Origin: Candidatus Tayloriibacteriota bacterium | GTDB taxonomy: Bacteria > Patescibacteriota > Minisyncoccia > Phycocordibacterales > PALSA-1337 | Direction of reading: 5' to 3' | Length of the DNA stretch: 52,572 nucleotides | NCBI GenBank assembly: GCA_037129895.1 | Contig: JBAXUB010000008.1 | Location: forward strand, 1-52,572 | Shown: one piece after another, positions 39,860 through 49,747 of the stretch | How the letters are laid out: every line of letters begins with the position of its first letter | Numbering within the stretch: the first letter of the stretch is position 1 | Translations under genes and position numbers: made by a program | The notes under the pieces: generated by a model | Told to the model about the DNA's origin: nothing | What the model saw: only the letters and a program-made list of their open reading frames with translations | Databases searched by the model: none

Positions 39860-40172
39860 ATGGGAATAAAATATTTGATTCACTAGTTCGACTAGGCGTC
39901 ACTCCTAGAAAATCATTGACCATTTTACATCCGGCAGTGATCAATTTCTCATACGACTATCTGAGCTATTGCATGAATATTTCGGTCTGAGTTTACAAAG
40001 AACTTTACGGAGTTGGACAGCTTTTCAGCTCCGTTATGGAACCAAAGATTCAATACGATTATTTGCGGAGCTTTACAAAAGTTGTAAAAAAGGCGATTAT
40101 TTAGAGCGCAGGTATGAAATATTCAAAGAATTTTTCAAATTGCACAAAAGGCCATGTGGCGAAGATAGCTAA
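39860..40172 (+). pseudogene. Collapsed LAGLIDADG homing-endonuclease remnant abutting tRNA-Cys
   Basis: Segments in shifting frames: MGIKY / IFDSLVRLGVTPRKSLT / FTSGSDQFL...FQLRYGTKDSIRLFAELY...LERRY; catalytic helices missing. Confidence 0.6.
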
Positions 40173-40223
40173 CGCGACGGTCTGCAAAACCGTTATACGT
40201 GGGTGCAAGTCCCACCATGGCCT
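40150..40223 (+). tRNA. tRNA-Cys(GCA)
   Basis: GGCCATG...ACGGT-CTGCAAA-ACCGT...GTGGG-TGCAAGT-CCCAC-CATGGCC-T. Confidence 0.93.
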
Positions 40224-40273
40224 CAAGTCATTGTGAAGTATTAATAGAAAACAGTTCACATTGACAAACACCC

Positions 40274-40357
40274 GCCCGGGTGGTGAAATTGGTAAACACG
40301 TAACACTTAAAATGTTATCTCTTACAAGGGTTGTGGGTTCGATTCCCACCCCGGGCA
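40274..40357 (+). tRNA. tRNA-Leu(TAA)
   Basis: GCCCGGG...TAACA-CTTAAAA-TGTTA, variable arm, GTGGGTTCGATTCCCAC-CCCGGGC-A. Confidence 0.95.
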
Positions 40358-40361
40358 CTTG

Positions 40362-40386
40362 TGATCTGTACCCCATAAAATGGACA
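40362..40386 (+). mobile_element. Solo IS3-family-like terminal repeat directly after tRNA-Leu
   Basis: TGATCTGTACCCCATAAAATGGACA; no transposase follows. Confidence 0.6.
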
Positions 40387-40421
40387 CCCATCCCCCACGT
40401 ATTTTACACGTATTTTCTCTT

Positions 40422-40463
40422 AATTGTGGTATGATATTTGACATATGAAAAACTCTCAAAAAG
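40422..40463 (+). repeat. Promoter + start cassette repeat (copy 1)
   Basis: 41/42 identical to 41581-41622. Confidence 0.85.
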
Positions 40464-41365
40464 TGTTCGTCGTTCCACTTTTAATAATTGCAGTTCTAGT
40501 GATAGCGGTCGGTGTTTACTATTTTTTACAATATAAGTCTGTACCAAGTAAATATCAAGCTTCAGAAATGAGTAAATCTTGGCCAGTTTATACAAACAAT
40601 GAATATGGTTTCCATATTAAATATCCTGATACGAATTGGTCCTATGAAGCCAGTTCAAACAGAGTGTCATTCAGGCCAGACGGCTCTGCCGATTTTAGCA
40701 TTTATGCGGGAAAGGAATCCGTTGACTCAAGAATAGCGACTGTCAAAAATAGTGTTACAGGTTCATGCTCAGTCGAAAAAACCCTAGTCTCAATCAACGA
40801 CGCTCTCGTAAGAAAGATGACATGTGAAATAGGGTATTTTGATAGTGCAGGAAACAAAGAAAATAGTTTCCTTTACCTTGAAAAGAACGGTATTACATAT
40901 GAGATTTCGTTTAGTCTTGGAAGGGGGTCATTAAAAAACGATAAAAACCTACAGGATGAATATAAAGAAATGGTTGGCACTTTTGGATTTAATCAAATAA
41001 CTAATTCCGGCCAATTAACATTTGTTCATCCAAAATACAACTATTCTATCGCTTATCCGGATTCATGGCATATTATAACTGGGGACCATTTGGGACTAGA
41101 TTCAAGTGTGGGCGATCGAATAGATGTGTATGCTACTGAAAATACTACTTTCGAAAAATATCAGCAATTCCAAGGAAATCAGATCAACGATTGCACTGCA
41201 AAGAAAGAATATTTCGCTCATAAACTTATGGGACAAAAGTGCGATTGGCTAGGAAGAGAGACCTATTTCTTTGAGAAAAACGGTAATCTATATTCTATTT
41301 CATTGACTAAAAAAGTAAGTTCAACAAATGTCTTTGACACTATTCTTAACAGTTTCACTATCTAG
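40445..41365 (+). CDS. Membrane-anchored surface protein with two PsbP-like repeats
   Basis: MKNSQK + TM; W.VYTNNEYGFHIKYP..W and FVHPKYNYSIAYPDSW repeats. Confidence 0.8.
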   Translation: MKNSQKVFVVPLLIIAVLVIAVGVYYFLQYKSVPSKYQASEMSKSWPVYTNNEYGFHIKYPDTNWSYEASSNRVSFRPDGSADFSIYAGKESVDSRIATVKNSVTGSCSVEKTLVSINDALVRKMTCEIGYFDSAGNKENSFLYLEKNGITYEISFSLGRGSLKNDKNLQDEYKEMVGTFGFNQITNSGQLTFVHPKYNYSIAYPDSWHIITGDHLGLDSSVGDRIDVYATENTTFEKYQQFQGNQINDCTAKKEYFAHKLMGQKCDWLGRETYFFEKNGNLYSISLTKKVSSTNVFDTILNSFTI

Positions 41366-41464
41366 CTGACATAGTAGTAAATAAAATAATTTTGGCTACG
41401 GGAATATTTGCCTTTGTGGTGTTACAAAAGTTTGGTTGCTATTTTTTTGGCAGTTGGTCTAGAA

Positions 41465-41569
41465 ATGAACCATGTCATTGTCGTATGTATCATTTTCTAT
41501 TTCATTGTTGATGCGATTATCGGCTGGATTATTGAAAAGATTAAGAACAGACGCAGTTTGGTATCATAA
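41465..41569 (+). pseudogene. Short membrane-protein fragment
   Basis: MNHVIVVCIIFYFIVDAIIGWIIEKIKNRRSLVS; no clear own start signal. Confidence 0.35.
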
Positions 41570-41580
41570 CAAAGTCACTA

Positions 41581-41622
41581 AATTGTGGTATGTTATTTGA
41601 CATATGAAAAACTCTCAAAAAG
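41581..41622 (+). repeat. Promoter + start cassette repeat (copy 2)
   Basis: AATTGTGGTATGTTATTTGACATATGAAAAACTCTCAAAAAG. Confidence 0.85.
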
Positions 41623-42521
41623 GTTTTGTTATGCCATTATTAATTGCAGTTATCGCATTATTAGTCATTGGGGGTGTGTATGTTTACGAAAATAAAAAAG
41701 CTGTAACGCCGGTCGTTGTCGATACTGGGTTACAACAATTAGTTCAACAGCAGACAGATACCCAAGCTGCCCCAGCTACGACTCAACAGGAAACTCATGC
41801 TTCCGTTACCGTTACAAATAGCTCAAATGTTGCAGCAATAAAATCGATAGATGCATGTAATACGATGGAACGTGGTCTAACACGTACAAGTGAATGCTAT
41901 GTGCAGGCACTTGAATCAGTAAAGAGCTCTTCTTTATGTGGAATGATTACTGACGACGGATATAAAAATATGTGTTACATGACTACGGCACCAATAGAAA
42001 AGAGTTCCGAAATATGCAATAAAATTCAATCTGGTCAATCCTTTAGAGACAGTTGTTTCATGGCCGTCGCAGAAGCAACAAAAAACCCAGAAATATGCGA
42101 CAATATGACCTCGGATTCGGGAAATAGATTGAGCTGTTATGATGTCGTTGGGCCGTCTAAATGGTACCTATCTGTCTGTCAGAAAAAACTGCTTGACCAG
42201 AATATTACTGCAAATTTTTTAATTGGAAAACAATATTCTGAATTAGTTGGACCAGACATGGTATCTGGAACATTCAATAGCGATGGAACAATTGTTGTGA
42301 CTCGTTCAGGAGGTGGATATCCCGCACCTACGCCTGTGGTGAAAACTAACAAATGGAGAGTTGAAAACGGATATTTGATTATTGAAGGCGAGTTCACGGG
42401 TGCCATTAAGGATGCTAAATTCTATAAGCTCAACGGCGAAGTCTTTGCCATTTTAGGAAATGTCAGAATAGGTTCAGCTATAAATAATCCTCAATCTAGC
42501 GGACCACTTCTTTGCCCATAA
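41604..42521 (+). CDS. Class III signal-peptide surface protein with Cys-rich repeats
   Basis: MKNSQKGFVMPLLI; repeated C..I......CY...A......IC units. Confidence 0.8.
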   Translation: MKNSQKGFVMPLLIAVIALLVIGGVYVYENKKAVTPVVVDTGLQQLVQQQTDTQAAPATTQQETHASVTVTNSSNVAAIKSIDACNTMERGLTRTSECYVQALESVKSSSLCGMITDDGYKNMCYMTTAPIEKSSEICNKIQSGQSFRDSCFMAVAEATKNPEICDNMTSDSGNRLSCYDVVGPSKWYLSVCQKKLLDQNITANFLIGKQYSELVGPDMVSGTFNSDGTIVVTRSGGGYPAPTPVVKTNKWRVENGYLIIEGEFTGAIKDAKFYKLNGEVFAILGNVRIGSAINNPQSSGPLLCP

Positions 42522-42617
42522 TTAACAAAATAGGTTTCCACTTCGTCTAAGATAAGTGCAGTTGGTTTTGATCTCTCTGATCTCATGCTATACTCTCTGC
42601 CATAAAACCAGATAAAC

Positions 42618-43004
42618 ATGAATAAAGACTTCAGAGAGTGGCATAATCAAAAAAGTGATCTACATGAAAATAAAGTTCGTGCTTTTTTTCATGAAAGAGA
42701 AGTCTGGTTCGCCTCAGTAGGCATGAATATCGGTTTTGAACAAGATGGTCGTGGTGATACATTTCTGCGCCCAGTAATCGTTTTAAAGAAATTTAACAAC
42801 GAAGTCCTGTGGTGTATTCCTCTTACCAAGAATCAGAAGAAAGGAAAATACTATTACTCATTTCCTTTAGGTTCAGAGGTAAGTACAGCTATTCTTTCTC
42901 AAATCCGTCTAATTGATTGTAAAAGATTACAATATAAGATTGGAGATATGGATCATAAGAACTTCGACGAGATAAAAGAAAAACTCAAGCAATTGCTCGC
43001 CTGA
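42618..43004 (+). CDS. PemK/MazF-family endoribonuclease, no adjacent protein antitoxin
   Basis: REVWFASVGMNIGFEQDG..F.RPV, IPLT, AILSQIRLID.KRL..KIG. Confidence 0.88.
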   Translation: MNKDFREWHNQKSDLHENKVRAFFHEREVWFASVGMNIGFEQDGRGDTFLRPVIVLKKFNNEVLWCIPLTKNQKKGKYYYSFPLGSEVSTAILSQIRLIDCKRLQYKIGDMDHKNFDEIKEKLKQLLA

Positions 43005-43190
43005 GTCTTTCTAGTTTATACCCCTTTCGGGGAGGGCCGAAGCCGTTTGTACCTATAGACTAGCATAGTAGGTTAAATATTACAAGCAAAAATGTGGATC
43101 GATGGATTTAAGCCATATTACAAGCCAAAAAGGTTCCAACATTGTCCCAGACGGTGCACAGAAAAATCGAATAGGTTATTTTACAGTATA

Positions 43191-44180
43191 CTATTCCTCA
43201 TCCCCAGCTGGTGCTGACGCACTCTCCTTACCACTCTTTTCGAACTCATGTAAAGCATCGATGATAGGTTGGATATTCCCTTTCAATATTAGTGGCAGCG
43301 TATGCCATGATTCCTTTATACGATGGTCAGTGAGTCTGTCTTGTGGATAATTGTAAGTACGGATTTTCTCTGAGCGATCACCAGTTCCGATCTGACCCTT
43401 GCGATTGGCAGAGAACTTCTTTGCTTCGGCTTCTTCCTGCATAGCCTCAAGTCGTGCAGTCAATATTTGCAGAGCCTTTTCTTTGTTCGCTGACTGACTT
43501 CTCTCTGCAACAGATCGAACAGCCATACCAGTCGGCTTGTGTATGATGCGAGCTGCAGTTTCAACCTTATTCACATTCTGACCACCTTTACCACCAGCAC
43601 GTGATGTCTCAATTTCGAGATCTGAAGGGTTGATGACAAACTTGGATTTCTTGCGGATCGGCATGATGGCAACTGATGCGGTCGAGGTATGGATACGGCC
43701 CGATTTCTCAGTCTCTGGAACACGTTGAACACGATGAACTCCAGTTTCCCAACGTAGGTCATCATATATACCCTTACCTTTGATCTCCATAGAAGCCTCT
43801 TTATAACCACCGATATCATTGGACGACTCATCTATGATCTTCGTAGCCCAACCGCGATTTTCGGCATAACGCCTGTACATATTGAGAAGTTCTGCAGCAA
43901 ATAGTGCCGCTTCATCCCCACCTGCACCGGCCCGTACTTCTAGAATGATTTCATTTGGCTTCTCTTCTTCGACAACGTCGTTTTCAATGATAGACTTCAT
44001 CTGCTCTTCTAGGTTCTTCTTTTGCTCCAAGATCGACTGAAGATCTGTTTCAGCCAACTCCTTTAGGGATGGATCTTTTTCCATCATCCCACGAACTTCT
44101 GCTTCATCACGAATTAGCTTCTCATACATTCCTGCGAGAAAAGCGGTTTTTGGGTTTGATTTGTATGTATCTAGATTCAT
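43191..44180 (-). CDS. prfA: Peptide chain release factor 1
   Basis: EVRAGAGGDEA, HRVQRVPETE (PxT), GGQNVNK, RTYNYPQDR. Confidence 0.96.
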   Translation of the reverse strand: MNLDTYKSNPKTAFLAGMYEKLIRDEAEVRGMMEKDPSLKELAETDLQSILEQKKNLEEQMKSIIENDVVEEEKPNEIILEVRAGAGGDEAALFAAELLNMYRRYAENRGWATKIIDESSNDIGGYKEASMEIKGKGIYDDLRWETGVHRVQRVPETEKSGRIHTSTASVAIMPIRKKSKFVINPSDLEIETSRAGGKGGQNVNKVETAARIIHKPTGMAVRSVAERSQSANKEKALQILTARLEAMQEEAEAKKFSANRKGQIGTGDRSEKIRTYNYPQDRLTDHRIKESWHTLPLILKGNIQPIIDALHEFEKSGKESASAPAGDEE

Positions 44181-44441
44181 CTATGCCTTTTTAGCGGCTT
44201 TAGATTGGCGAGTCTTGAATTTCTCTACGCGTCCTGCAGTATCTATAGTCTTTTCCTGATTTGTATAGAAAGGATGAGAAGCACTGGAGATTTCGACATG
44301 ATGAGCTGGATATTCCTTGCCATCTGTCCACTTTTCTGTGGCTTTTGTCTCAATCGTTGAAGGTATCAAGAATTTCGTATCGCTGGAATTGTCAGCAAAT
44401 ATGACCTGTCTGTAATTTTTTGGGTGTATATCTTTCTTCAT
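44181..44441 (-). CDS. rpmE2: 50S ribosomal protein L31 type B
   Basis: [27 protein letters not shown]; no Zn cysteines. Confidence 0.93.
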   Translation of the reverse strand: MKKDIHPKNYRQVIFADNSSDTKFLIPSTIETKATEKWTDGKEYPAHHVEISSASHPFYTNQEKTIDTAGRVEKFKTRQSKAAKKA

Positions 44442-44527
44442 ATGTGGAAGTAATTTAACATATGGAATTGATTAAAGCAAGCCAGCAAAACAGCCGACAA
44501 TCTACCCGATATGTTATAATATTTCCA

Positions 44528-45727
44528 ATGTCACACAATACAACCCCAAAATCACACGTCATATACACAATAGCTGTGATCGGTTTTATCTATACCTTGC
44601 ATCTAGTGATCCCGATGTATTCCAATTCGAGTTTTCTCAGCATATTCGCTGATGAAAATACACTGAGTTACATATACATGGCGGGTGCGGCTCTATCCAT
44701 TTTCGGATATTTGATCGCGCCAGGGATCATCAGATATTTTGGTAACTACAAGACGACGATTGCTCTCATCATCATTCAAATAGTTCTATTCTACGGATTA
44801 GTGACTTCAACATCAGTAGTTACACTCACGATCATATTCATCATTCAAACAGCGATCATAGCTCTCATCAGTTTGTGCCTCGACATATTCCTCGAGGTTT
44901 ACACCGAGGGATCCAACGTCGGTAGTGTACGCGGGCTTTACACTGCGACATTGAATGCATCGTGGGTAGTTGCACCACTTATCGGTTCTATGCTCATCAA
45001 TGGTACAGATAATTATCGCAATACTTACGTAGCAGCGCTCGCTATGCTTTTCCCTCTTCTATATCTGGTTTATAGAAATTTCCCGAAATTCAAAGACCCC
45101 AATTACATCCACCTCTCACCACATCAGCTCATCAAGCATATATGCGTCAACAAAAGTTGGATTCAACTGTTTTTCGCCAACATAGTATTGCAGGTCTTCT
45201 ATTCTTGGATGGTCGTTTATAGTCCTATATATTTAAATAAATCTATCGGATTTGGTTGGGAGGAGATAGGTATCATACTGGTCATCATGCTCATACCTTT
45301 TCCTCTCATTCAATACCCTCTCGGCAAATTATCTGACGGTGGATATGGTGGCCACAAATACGGTCAGAAGAAAATCATGGCCGCAGGATTCATAGTTATG
45401 GGTATTGCTACGATTTCACTATCCCTGTTTACACTGAAGAGTGTTGCCCTCTGGGCGACCTTACTGCTCATCACTCGTATCGGAGCCGCCGCTGTTGAGA
45501 TCATGATCGAAACGTACTTTTTCAAGACTGTGTCTGTCAGAGATTCTGCAGCTCTCGGACTTTTCAGGATAACCAGGCCGCTATCTTATTTCATCGCTCC
45601 TCTCATCACTATTATTGGATTGTACTTTGTGAAAGACCAGTATCTATTCGTCATTGTTGGATTCGTATGTCTGTTGGCTCTGATCCCTGTTATGAAAATG
45701 AGAGAGGTTAGGAAATCAGTTAACTAG
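44528..45727 (+). CDS. MFS transporter
   Basis: About 12 hydrophobic segments, GKLSD..G.K motif; start moved to ATG 7 nt after TATAAT. Confidence 0.88.
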   Translation: MSHNTTPKSHVIYTIAVIGFIYTLHLVIPMYSNSSFLSIFADENTLSYIYMAGAALSIFGYLIAPGIIRYFGNYKTTIALIIIQIVLFYGLVTSTSVVTLTIIFIIQTAIIALISLCLDIFLEVYTEGSNVGSVRGLYTATLNASWVVAPLIGSMLINGTDNYRNTYVAALAMLFPLLYLVYRNFPKFKDPNYIHLSPHQLIKHICVNKSWIQLFFANIVLQVFYSWMVVYSPIYLNKSIGFGWEEIGIILVIMLIPFPLIQYPLGKLSDGGYGGHKYGQKKIMAAGFIVMGIATISLSLFTLKSVALWATLLLITRIGAAAVEIMIETYFFKTVSVRDSAALGLFRITRPLSYFIAPLITIIGLYFVKDQYLFVIVGFVCLLALIPVMKMREVRKSVN

Positions 45728-45843
45728 CAATATAATAAATTTTTAGTAGTTTTTCGTAATTGTCATCAATATTTGACTGACATTTCTAGTGACGGCCAAA
45801 ATTTTGGGGTGTTATGAGGGGTATTGCATCTCTTACAAACACG

Positions 45844-45990
45844 CCATTTTCAAATCATGCCATGGCATGATTTTGCTAAATAGTGAAAATGTGCAAAAAA
45901 AGTGACCCAAAACGCCTTGTATTTACTGTGCGTATTTATATATAAAATATTAACTACCCCAAATCATGCCATGGCATGATTTGAAAATGG
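45844..45990. repeat. 147-bp element with perfect 30-bp inverted ends, each containing a 22-bp palindrome
   Basis: CCATTTTC-AAATCATGCCATGGCATGATTT (45844-45873) and its exact reverse complement (45961-45990). Confidence 0.85.
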
Positions 45991-46140
45991 TAGCCTTCGC
46001 TGGGTATCCACCACCCCCAGACAAACTTCCTTCTCTTCATGACAAAGTTCTTCGTCATCACGTCACACTTGTCACCTTATATGATTAACCGTACAAAATA
46101 TTGAAAACATTATTCCTTCATAGTAAAATCATCGAACACT

Positions 46141-46360
46141 ATGCAAAACCAAGCTCCACGATACCCAACTTCGAAAAAGATGACGCAGATGCGCCGTGGA
46201 TTATTGGAATTGGCGATACTCATCATACACTGAACAGGACGACACAGGTATGCGCAAATGTTATTACGTAACAAACCTAGGTATGAAAATGATGGAAGAA
46301 TTGCGAAACTACTGGAACATACTAGATGCAACTCTGAAACAACTAAGATCACCCCGTTGA
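46141..46360 (+). pseudogene. PadR-family regulator with internal deletion/frameshift
   Basis: First frame TQMRRGLLELAIL*; second frame GMRKCYYVTNLGMKMMEELRNYWNILDATL*; central HTH missing. Confidence 0.7.
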
Positions 46361-46396
46361 TCGCCCCCATAATCCCTCACAGCCTTCATATCCCCT

Positions 46397-47215
46397 TTAA
46401 AACTTCCTACTCTCAATCATTAGAAACATCGGAATCTCTTTACGCGTACGATCTTCCTCAGCGGACCTCGGCCCGACTTGACTCTTTTTGTGAGAAATCC
46501 ACTCTTCTAGACGAGTCACAGCGAGTCCTGACTTATTCAAAGCTTTGAAATACGATTGCAAAGGCCTGTGGAATGAAACAGTGAACTTTTTCTTTGCCGC
46601 TATATTCTCGCCAGGAGTCATATCAACCTTGATCTGAGCCTCGGACATATACTCATCGATCCTTCTATACATTTTTGCTTGTTGTACCCCCGATATTTCG
46701 GGCCTGAGATTGCGAGCATCATCCCATCTCCAACTCGAATATTTCGGGACTCGAAAAGCTGGGTGATTCAGAACGACTATCATCCTTCCACCCACTTTCA
46801 AAGTTCTACTACATTCCTGGAATGTCTCCAGTATTTTCTCTATATTCTGTAATGCGAGTATGATGACTACCACATCGATAGACCCATCCGGAACAAAGGT
46901 CAACTTATCTGAAGGCGTTACGTTATATACAACTGACCCCTTCTTTATGGTGTCATTACTTACATGCTTCTTGGCCAATTCGATCAATTCAGATGATATA
47001 TCACAACCTATAACTTTCGCCCCATTATTGGCGAAAGCTCTGGCAAAATATCCCTGACCGCAAGCAACGTCCAACACAGCCATGCCAACCTTTGGATCGA
47101 CTAGACGGATCAGATTGGGCATCAAAACATTCTTCTGATATGAATCTGCAGTGTCTTCAACTAAACCATCATACCATTCAGCAATGGCTCCCCAGGAAGT
47201 ATTTTTGTCTTTCAT
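46397..47215 (-). CDS. Class I SAM-dependent methyltransferase
   Basis: VLDVACGQG, GCDIS, LKVGG, FHRPL. Confidence 0.9.
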   Translation of the reverse strand: MKDKNTSWGAIAEWYDGLVEDTADSYQKNVLMPNLIRLVDPKVGMAVLDVACGQGYFARAFANNGAKVIGCDISSELIELAKKHVSNDTIKKGSVVYNVTPSDKLTFVPDGSIDVVVIILALQNIEKILETFQECSRTLKVGGRMIVVLNHPAFRVPKYSSWRWDDARNLRPEISGVQQAKMYRRIDEYMSEAQIKVDMTPGENIAAKKKFTVSFHRPLQSYFKALNKSGLAVTRLEEWISHKKSQVGPRSAEEDRTRKEIPMFLMIESRKF

Positions 47216-47312
47216 ATATATAGAATACCACAAAATCTGACATATGTGAAGTTGCTCAACAATTGTTAAATATAGATAAAACGACTATAATTGGTAAATA
47301 TTAAGTAAATAA

Positions 47313-48632
<1,320 letters not shown>

Positions 48633-48633
48633 A

Positions 48634-48665
48634 AAAGAAAAACCCTTTTGACGGGGTTTTCTTTC
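48634..48665. terminator. Bidirectional terminator
   Basis: AAAGAAAAACCC...GGGGTTTTCTTT between convergent units. Confidence 0.75.
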
Positions 48666-48684
48666 TAACTCGTTTCCACCAGCA

Positions 48685-48759
48685 TTATGCCTCTGGGGCT
48701 GGTGCTGGAGGAGGAGTCTGAGGAGCTTGTGGCTCAACTGGCTTCTTTGTCCTTGCCAT
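48685..48759 (-). CDS. 24-aa Pro-rich small protein with structured leader
   Basis: MARTKKPVEPQAPQTPPPAPAPEA*; A-rich start context; terminator downstream. Confidence 0.5.
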   Translation of the reverse strand: MARTKKPVEPQAPQTPPPAPAPEA

Positions 48760-48963
48760 ATTATTTATGCAGGTTGATTAACTCCCGCCCGTAAATTATA
48801 CGCCCGGTACAAGTGGCAACCGCTTTCCCTCATCAACTTGACTTGTCGTCAAAGTGTAGTACAGAATAATGACCCAAACTCGTACTTCCCTGCCATGATG
48901 TAATTTGGACGAAAATTACATCACGATTACGATACTTTGCACAGAGAGAGCCTATCTGTGGTG

Positions 48964-49713
48964 TTACTTTTTTGACTTTGCTTGATTGGCGACCATATCA
49001 ACTGCTCTTTTGACTTCATCAGGATCCCCTACGAAGGACTTGCTGACAAATTTCATGTCTGCATCGAACTCATATACGAGAGGTATCGCTGTCGGTATAT
49101 TCAACTCAGTGATATCTTGATCCGAAATATTTTCAATATGTTTGACCAAAGCTCGCAAACTATTACCAGACGCTGCCACGATGACCTTACGACCATTCTT
49201 TATCTCTGGAACAATATTTTGACTCCAATACGGCACGACTCGAGCCACAACATCCTTCAGATTTTCTGAGAGTGGTATCTCTGTCTCCTTGAGGTCAGCA
49301 TACAGAGGATTTTTCCCTGGATACATCGGACTATCTTTGGTTATCGATGGTATCAGAACATCATATCCACGACGCCAGATCTTGACCTGTTCCTCGCCAT
49401 ACTTCTCTGACGTCTCTGCCTTATTCAATCCCTGAAGTGCACCATAGTGACGCTCGTTCAATTGCCAAGCTGTACGAATCTCGATGTTCGATTCATTGAG
49501 TTCTTCGAGTACTATCTTCAGAGTCTTGGTCACTCTCATGAGTGGGTTCTGAAAAGCTAGATCGAAACTATATCCCTGTTGCTTTAGCGTCATACCAGCC
49601 TTGTGGGCCTCTATAACACCCTTTTCTGATAGATCGACATCTGTCCAACCAGTAAAACGGTTCTCCTTGTTCCAGACACTCTCACCGTGACGAAGTAATA
49701 TTAATTTATACAT
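48964..49713 (-). CDS. gpmA: 2,3-bisphosphoglycerate-dependent phosphoglycerate mutase
   Basis: LRHGESVWNKENRFTGWTDV, LNERHYGALQG, GNSLRAL. Confidence 0.97.
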   Translation of the reverse strand: MYKLILLRHGESVWNKENRFTGWTDVDLSEKGVIEAHKAGMTLKQQGYSFDLAFQNPLMRVTKTLKIVLEELNESNIEIRTAWQLNERHYGALQGLNKAETSEKYGEEQVKIWRRGYDVLIPSITKDSPMYPGKNPLYADLKETEIPLSENLKDVVARVVPYWSQNIVPEIKNGRKVIVAASGNSLRALVKHIENISDQDITELNIPTAIPLVYEFDADMKFVSKSFVGDPDEVKRAVDMVANQAKSKK

Positions 49714-49747
49714 AAATCTAATTATACACGAAAAACCGTCAAATCTA

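Noticed and set aside
48745-48759. MARTK start resembles the histone H3 tail
   Set aside because: A five-residue match only; basic MAR-K starts are common in bacterial small proteins.
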